From an uncultured Candidatus Saccharibacteria bacterium (GTDB taxonomy: Bacteria > Patescibacteriota > Minisyncoccia > Phycocordibacterales > CAIZLB01), in contig CAZVIP010000003.1 of assembly GCA_964627085.1 (NCBI GenBank), forward strand, positions 19,689-83,688: a DNA stretch of 64,000 bases, written 5' to 3'. The translations under genes and the position numbers were made by a program. The first letter of the stretch is position 1. Every line of letters starts with the position of its first letter. The notes beneath the pieces are model-generated. The model saw only the letters and a program-made list of their open reading frames with translations. It was not told the origin of the DNA and made no database searches. Shown here in pieces: positions 59,547-64,000 of this stretch.

Positions 59547-60155
59547 CTAAGCTTTTTTCATACCCTTTGCCTTCTGTGTTGTTGATGCTTTTGCGGCAGT
59601 AGTAGCAGAACTTTTTGCTACTTCTTTTTTGACAGCTTTAGCGACGTTTACAAGAGTGCCAACCACTGCCTGTGTCTTTGAAACGGCTTTGTTGGCTGCT
59701 TTTTTTCCATTTACTGTCAATTCCTTTTTTGCAGAATTCCAGTGAGATTTTAATTCTTTTGAAAAATGTGCGATGTCTGCAGCATCAATATGTGAAAGCT
59801 TCTCGTATTTGGCTGTAACTGCGTCTACAACACTGTGATATGCACCTTCGTTTACTTCCTTGAGCTTTTCTACTTTTTCGAGTATTTCACCTTTGGCTTT
59901 GAGTGCCCAACCTTTTACAGACTTAATCTTTTTCTGCGCATTTTTATTGTGATAAAGAAAATATCCGCCAATCGCAGCGGCTGCAGCGATACCACCGATA
60001 ACAGAGGCTACCGCAGCATTTGAAGTTTTACTTTTTGCTGGAGCTGATTTAGTTGATCCTGATTTCGACGGTGCTGATTTTACTGAATCTGATTTTGAAG
60101 TTTTGTTTGTTTTTTGAGTCATAAATATATTTATAAATATAAATTGTACGAGCAA
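59547..60155 (-). CDS. Hypothetical Lys/Ala/Ser-rich protein with one TM helix
   Basis: Low-complexity basic protein with no family assignment. Confidence 0.4.
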   Translation of the reverse strand: MLVQFIFINIFMTQKTNKTSKSDSVKSAPSKSGSTKSAPAKSKTSNAAVASVIGGIAAAAAIGGYFLYHNKNAQKKIKSVKGWALKAKGEILEKVEKLKEVNEGAYHSVVDAVTAKYEKLSHIDAADIAHFSKELKSHWNSAKKELTVNGKKAANKAVSKTQAVVGTLVNVAKAVKKEVAKSSATTAAKASTTQKAKGMKKA

Positions 60156-60223
60156 TTACATTACTTATAATGAAATATACCCGTGGGTTATTTGTTTATA
60201 TCTTACCCTTCAATTATACCCTA

Positions 60224-60664
60224 TTATTCATTTTCAGTCTCAAAAGAATCGTCTTCGAGGTTTTCATCATCCATGTCTCGAGAAGCCTCCCTGTTTGTGT
60301 CTCTACCTGTCTTTGCTGACCTTGTTTTTCGAGATGCATCTTTCTTATGTGGTGATTTGGCAGTCTTTGACTGTGTAGACTTACCTTGCTTCTTTAGGCT
60401 CTGCCCTATAATACTTGTCACAAAACCGAGTGCACTTCCAAACACCCCTGGTGCTTTTGCGGCTTTTTCTCTGAATGCAGCTCTGATTTCTGCCATATCA
60501 TCAGCAATAATATCACTGCCGTTTCTTATTCTTTTGGCGATGTATTCGATATGTCTGGCGGCTTTAATAAAATAAAAAAGAATTAAAAGAGAAACAAGCG
60601 TAATACAAATAACTGCAATAGAGGTAATAAAGAAGAATATGTCAGATTTTAAAATTGATTCCAT
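60224..60664 (-). CDS. Hypothetical membrane protein with charged C-terminal tail
   Basis: N-terminal TM helix; Ser/Lys/Asp-rich tail. Confidence 0.4.
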   Translation of the reverse strand: MESILKSDIFFFITSIAVICITLVSLLILFYFIKAARHIEYIAKRIRNGSDIIADDMAEIRAAFREKAAKAPGVFGSALGFVTSIIGQSLKKQGKSTQSKTAKSPHKKDASRKTRSAKTGRDTNREASRDMDDENLEDDSFETENE

Positions 60665-60699
60665 AAATATATATTAAATAATAATTGGCATATTTTAAT

Positions 60700-61566
60700 C
60701 TAAGCCTTGTTCTGAGTTGTTTTACTTTGAGCCGATTTTTCCTGCACTACCCTAATTTTAGATCGATCAGAATTTGCCTGAGCGCCCGAATGTTCATAAC
60801 CAAACATATGTCCAAAAATTGAGCCTGCGCTAGATGGCAATTCCCCGTGACGATTCGGAGCTGGATGCCCCTTGACGGTGAGCAAGACAATAAATAGTGT
60901 AAGTAGCACGAAGTGAATCGCAAATAGCAAAGTGCCCCCAAAAGCACCAAATGGCGACACAAATGCAAATAGATACATGAAGGCAATCCACCCAGGCAGA
61001 TCGAGGTTATGAAGCCTTCTTACAATAAGAGAAAGGACAATGATAGTCACCGGAGCAAACATAAATGGCACACACATCAGCCATATACCGTATGAATCCT
61101 GCTCGACAAAAGCCAAAACTTGATTATAGAAATGAGGGAACAGTATCTGGACCCATGTGACCATTATCGAGAAGAAAACAAAACCAAGCCCGAAAAAGAA
61201 CAAAACCCCCATCAAAAAATCCTTTCTTCTTAGTCTTCCCTTAAAAAGACCCTTGTGAGTGATTTCAGCTGTAACGATCTGTGATGCTTCAGCAAAATCC
61301 TGTGTATCTAACCCTGGATTATTGACAACTTTTGTTTCAATCTTTTTTGACAAAGGAGGCAAAAAATCATTCTGTGCGGCTTCACGCTGATGTGTTGGCA
61401 TCTCTTCGTCTAGGAGGTACTTCACCGCTCTCTTGACTTCTGCTACAGCAAAACCAGCGCGTGAAAGCATATCTTCAATCTGTTTTGGAGTATTCCCATG
61501 ATCAAGCTTTTGCTTAATTAGATGGAGCATTCCTTTGTCGAAATCTTTATTGATTATTTTTGTCAT
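60700..61566 (-). CDS. DUF805-family membrane protein with N-terminal soluble domain
   Basis: The block GRLRRKDFLMGVLFF resembles the DUF805 (YhaH-like) signature. I placed the start at MTKIINKDF. Confidence 0.55.
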   Translation of the reverse strand: MTKIINKDFDKGMLHLIKQKLDHGNTPKQIEDMLSRAGFAVAEVKRAVKYLLDEEMPTHQREAAQNDFLPPLSKKIETKVVNNPGLDTQDFAEASQIVTAEITHKGLFKGRLRRKDFLMGVLFFFGLGFVFFSIMVTWVQILFPHFYNQVLAFVEQDSYGIWLMCVPFMFAPVTIIVLSLIVRRLHNLDLPGWIAFMYLFAFVSPFGAFGGTLLFAIHFVLLTLFIVLLTVKGHPAPNRHGELPSSAGSIFGHMFGYEHSGAQANSDRSKIRVVQEKSAQSKTTQNKA

Positions 61567-61716
61567 TATATACCCACTAACTATACAACAAATTTTCATT
61601 TTAAAAAACCACACCTAAGAAATCGGTGAACTGATAGACTTTTTTTCACACAGGAGTAAACTACGAATAGATTCGCAGCTCTTTGCTAATCACCAAAACT
61701 CAACCAGAGATTCAAA

Positions 61717-61953
61717 ATGAACACATATCACAGAGGGGTTATTAAATACTACTGGTTAATACCACTCATCCTGGCCATTGTAGGTATCCCGACCTACATA
61801 TTTTGGACCAACATTGTCTCAGCTATCAAGCATTTCCTGAGTGCAAACTGGGGTTTGATACTTGTAATCACCATCCTGCTCATCATTCATTTCACCATCA
61901 GACTTATGGGTAACTTAAAACCTGGCGGGACGTGGAGGGACAGACATCAATGA
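61717..61953 (+). CDS. Small two-TM hypothetical protein
   Basis: 78-aa hydrophobic ORF. Confidence 0.35.
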   Translation: MNTYHRGVIKYYWLIPLILAIVGIPTYIFWTNIVSAIKHFLSANWGLILVITILLIIHFTIRLMGNLKPGGTWRDRHQ

Positions 61954-62009
61954 CGCACCGATTGCGTCATGACACATGTTTGGTGGCATACAACCAGGGT
62001 CAGCCGATA

Positions 62010-62070
62010 CAAAAAAAAACCGGAATCAACATTGACGATAAGTCAGTCGAGATTCCGGTTTTCGCTTTTC
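62010..62070. terminator. Bidirectional terminator (aaccggaatc...gattccggtt with A- and T-runs)
   Basis: Directly visible between convergent genes. Confidence 0.6.
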
Positions 62071-62094
62071 TTAAATTTTTATCTGGAGAGCTTT

Positions 62095-62421
62095 TTAAAA
62101 TTCTGCGTCGATGGCCTTGAGATCAGCTTCATTGTCCCCAGAACTTATCGCATCTATTTCAGCGTACAAAGGATCACTTGCAAGATTTGCGTCAATATCC
62201 GTAACTGCAGTTCCAGATGCATTTTGTTCATACATTTTTACAACATTCGCCGGACCAATATCCGCACGCTTAGGATATACAAATACAATCCAGGCGGCCA
62301 CTGCAAGCATAACTATAACTAAGATAACAAGAAGTGAAACAAGTCGTGCGCTAGAATGAGGGGCTTCATTTAGCGTTTGCGAATCATTTTTCTTTACACC
62401 ACTTTCGATAATTGGATCCAT
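62095..62421 (-). CDS. Hypothetical single-TM protein
   Basis: 108-aa ORF with a central TM helix. Confidence 0.4.
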   Translation of the reverse strand: MDPIIESGVKKNDSQTLNEAPHSSARLVSLLVILVIVMLAVAAWIVFVYPKRADIGPANVVKMYEQNASGTAVTDIDANLASDPLYAEIDAISSGDNEADLKAIDAEF

Positions 62422-62476
62422 ATAATTTATTTATGTTTATTTTTTTGATAAAGAGATACACACCTATAGTGATAAA

Positions 62477-63223
62477 TTATTGTACCAATGGTGTTGTTGT
62501 TCCAACTGGTGCATTGTCTTCATTCTTTACAATTACCCGGAGAACATTCTTATATGCAGTTGTCGTTGATTTGACACTATCCTCACCTTTCTTTGCCAAA
62601 TCTCTAAAGACAGCACTCGCAGTAGATGTAGAAGTCTCAGAGGCAGCAGATTGTTTGATTGCAGCAATGGTTGTTTTTGTGGAAGCAAATGAATCACGAG
62701 CTGTTACCAAGAGAGCAGTCGCCTGTATAGTATCTTTTCCGGCAGTAGATAATTTAGCGATTCTGGCCTCAATATTTGAATCGAGCTTTGCAAGCCTGTC
62801 GATTCGGTTGTCAAAGCGTGTCGCAATAGCAGTCATCCGCTTAGAAACCCTTTCGCTTGCCTTTTGTTCGAGTTTCTTTGTTTTAAATTCTTTGTTTTCA
62901 TCTTTCTTTGCTTTGATATCGGCCCTGAGCTTTTCAACTTTAGACTTTACTTCTTCGCGCTCCTTCTCGATATTTGCTCTAATGTTGTCTTTTGTAGATG
63001 AAGCAATCTTATTGGATTTCAATGTAGAACTAGCAGTACGAAGATCGTGAATTCTCTCCTTTCTTTCTTCTCGCAAATCTTTGATATCACCTCGAATATC
63101 CTTTATTTCATTTCTGATTTCACCTCTCTCAGCTTGTGCAACCTGAACAGATCCCAGCGCAAGGAGCATAAAGCAAAATGAAGAAACAATCGCTATTTTC
63201 TTGGGGGTATTTTTAAACATCAT
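62477..63223 (-). CDS. Secreted coiled-coil protein (signal peptide + charged heptad repeats)
   Basis: Signal-like N-terminus followed by a long K/E/R-rich coiled coil. Confidence 0.5.
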   Translation of the reverse strand: MMFKNTPKKIAIVSSFCFMLLALGSVQVAQAERGEIRNEIKDIRGDIKDLREERKERIHDLRTASSTLKSNKIASSTKDNIRANIEKEREEVKSKVEKLRADIKAKKDENKEFKTKKLEQKASERVSKRMTAIATRFDNRIDRLAKLDSNIEARIAKLSTAGKDTIQATALLVTARDSFASTKTTIAAIKQSAASETSTSTASAVFRDLAKKGEDSVKSTTTAYKNVLRVIVKNEDNAPVGTTTPLVQ

Positions 63224-63276
63224 AAATATATAACAGAATTACAAACCGGTATTAATACCTAAATTATACCCCCAAA

Positions 63277-63735
63277 CTATTTCTTGGACAATTCAACTAT
63301 GTGCGCGAAATCTAGCGCAGAAACAGGCTGTATAGAGAGCCTCATGCCCTTTTTGGCTACAAGCATATTCGCAAGCGATGGATCAATCTTCATCTCTGCT
63401 AGAGTGACCACTCTCTTGAGTTTCTTCTCGAACTTCATATCAACCAATATCCACTCAATCTTTTTATTTGATTCAAAATATTCGCTCTTAATATCATCCG
63501 CTGTCTTGTCCTTGTAAGGAAGACTGTCTACACGTGCAATACCTGCAACACCTGTATGTTCAGGTTTTGTATTTGAATGATAAAAGAGACAAAGGTCACC
63601 AATTTTCATTTCATCACGCATAAAGTTTCGCGCTTGATAATTGCGAACACCGCTCCATGGCGTCACATCATCTGCTTGCAAATGATCAATTGAATATGTA
63701 TTCGGTTCTGATTTAATAAGCCAATATTTTTTCAT
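63277..63735 (-). CDS. EVE (PUA-like) domain protein
   Basis: MKKYWLIKSEPNTYSIDHL...WSGVRNYQARNFMRDEMKIGD matches the EVE-domain N-terminus. Confidence 0.75.
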   Translation of the reverse strand: MKKYWLIKSEPNTYSIDHLQADDVTPWSGVRNYQARNFMRDEMKIGDLCLFYHSNTKPEHTGVAGIARVDSLPYKDKTADDIKSEYFESNKKIEWILVDMKFEKKLKRVVTLAEMKIDPSLANMLVAKKGMRLSIQPVSALDFAHIVELSKK

Positions 63736-63810
63736 AGTCTAGAGATATTTGGGATTTCAGAATAATCATCACTTCTTGGACTCTTAGCCTCTTGTATCCG
63801 CTAGAGCTTG

Positions 63811-64000
63811 CGAATAACTGCCCGCACAACAGCTCGGATATCGAGCTCATAGTCCGGATAGATTGGCTTGAATAATTTATTTGCAGGCTCAAGATAGACT
63901 TGGCCTTTTTTGTCCTTTTTGTAGAACTTCATAGTCCAGCCACCATCAACTAGCGCAATGACAATGTCACCAATTTTTGGATTATCATTTCTCTCGACGA
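63811..64000 (-). CDS. LexA-like / S24 peptidase, C-terminal fragment (gene continues beyond window end)
   Basis: Hand translation of the minus strand gives ...GDIVIALVDGGWTMKFYKKDKKGQVYLEPANKLFKPIYPDYELDIRAVVRAVIRKL*. This is typical of the S24 C-terminal beta domain. Confidence 0.55.

Noticed and set aside
1-64000. CRISPR arrays, transposases, integrases, restriction-modification or other recognisable defence modules
   Set aside because: No short direct-repeat/spacer arrays are present. No DDE/serine/tyrosine recombinase motifs or methyltransferase-endonuclease pairs were seen in any ORF translation.

Overview
This is a densely packed, mostly AT-rich chromosome segment from a small-genome bacterium. 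The gene repertoire looks monoderm and Firmicutes- or Patescibacteria-like: RNase J, BdbC/BdbD, DUF1189, YibE/F, LemA-HtpX, MurJ, a class II B12-type ribonucleotide reductase and an ABC-F ATPase. Recognisable housekeeping genes are valS, tsaD (with inserts), class II fbaA, purC, secG, rnj, murJ, the RNR gene, ung, an MGMT-family gene, mscL, an aquaporin gene, zupT, a Fur-family regulator and an Hsp20 gene. There are three tRNAs on the minus strand, Phe-GAA, Arg-CCT and Ser-GGA, and a probable RNase P RNA. Operons are short and separated by clear intrinsic terminators, several of them bidirectional. I found no CRISPR array, transposase, integrase or recognisable defence module. Five things stand out. 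First, base composition is visibly mosaic: positions 1-3900 and several single genes (fbaA, purC, and the orphans at 11523, 26622 and 31223) are much more GC-rich than their surroundings. Second, two GC-rich, ORF-poor islands of about 340 nt each (19650-19990 and 24100-24460) are rich in hairpins and look like structured RNAs or insertion scars. Third, three orphan loci have consensus sigma70 promoters, long structured leaders and strong terminators: a CSD-like fusion protein (26622-28094), a two-gene overlapping operon (54579-56176) and a 750-aa Cys-rich protein with DDxxD motifs (40038-42290). Fourth, a large proline-rich coiled-coil protein appears to form an operon with two small partners (13808-16455). 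Fifth, there are unusual low-complexity extensions on RNase J (an RGG/GY-rich N-terminus) and on the Fur-family regulator (lysine-rich tails). All calls are from reading the sequence and ORF translations; no database searches were possible.
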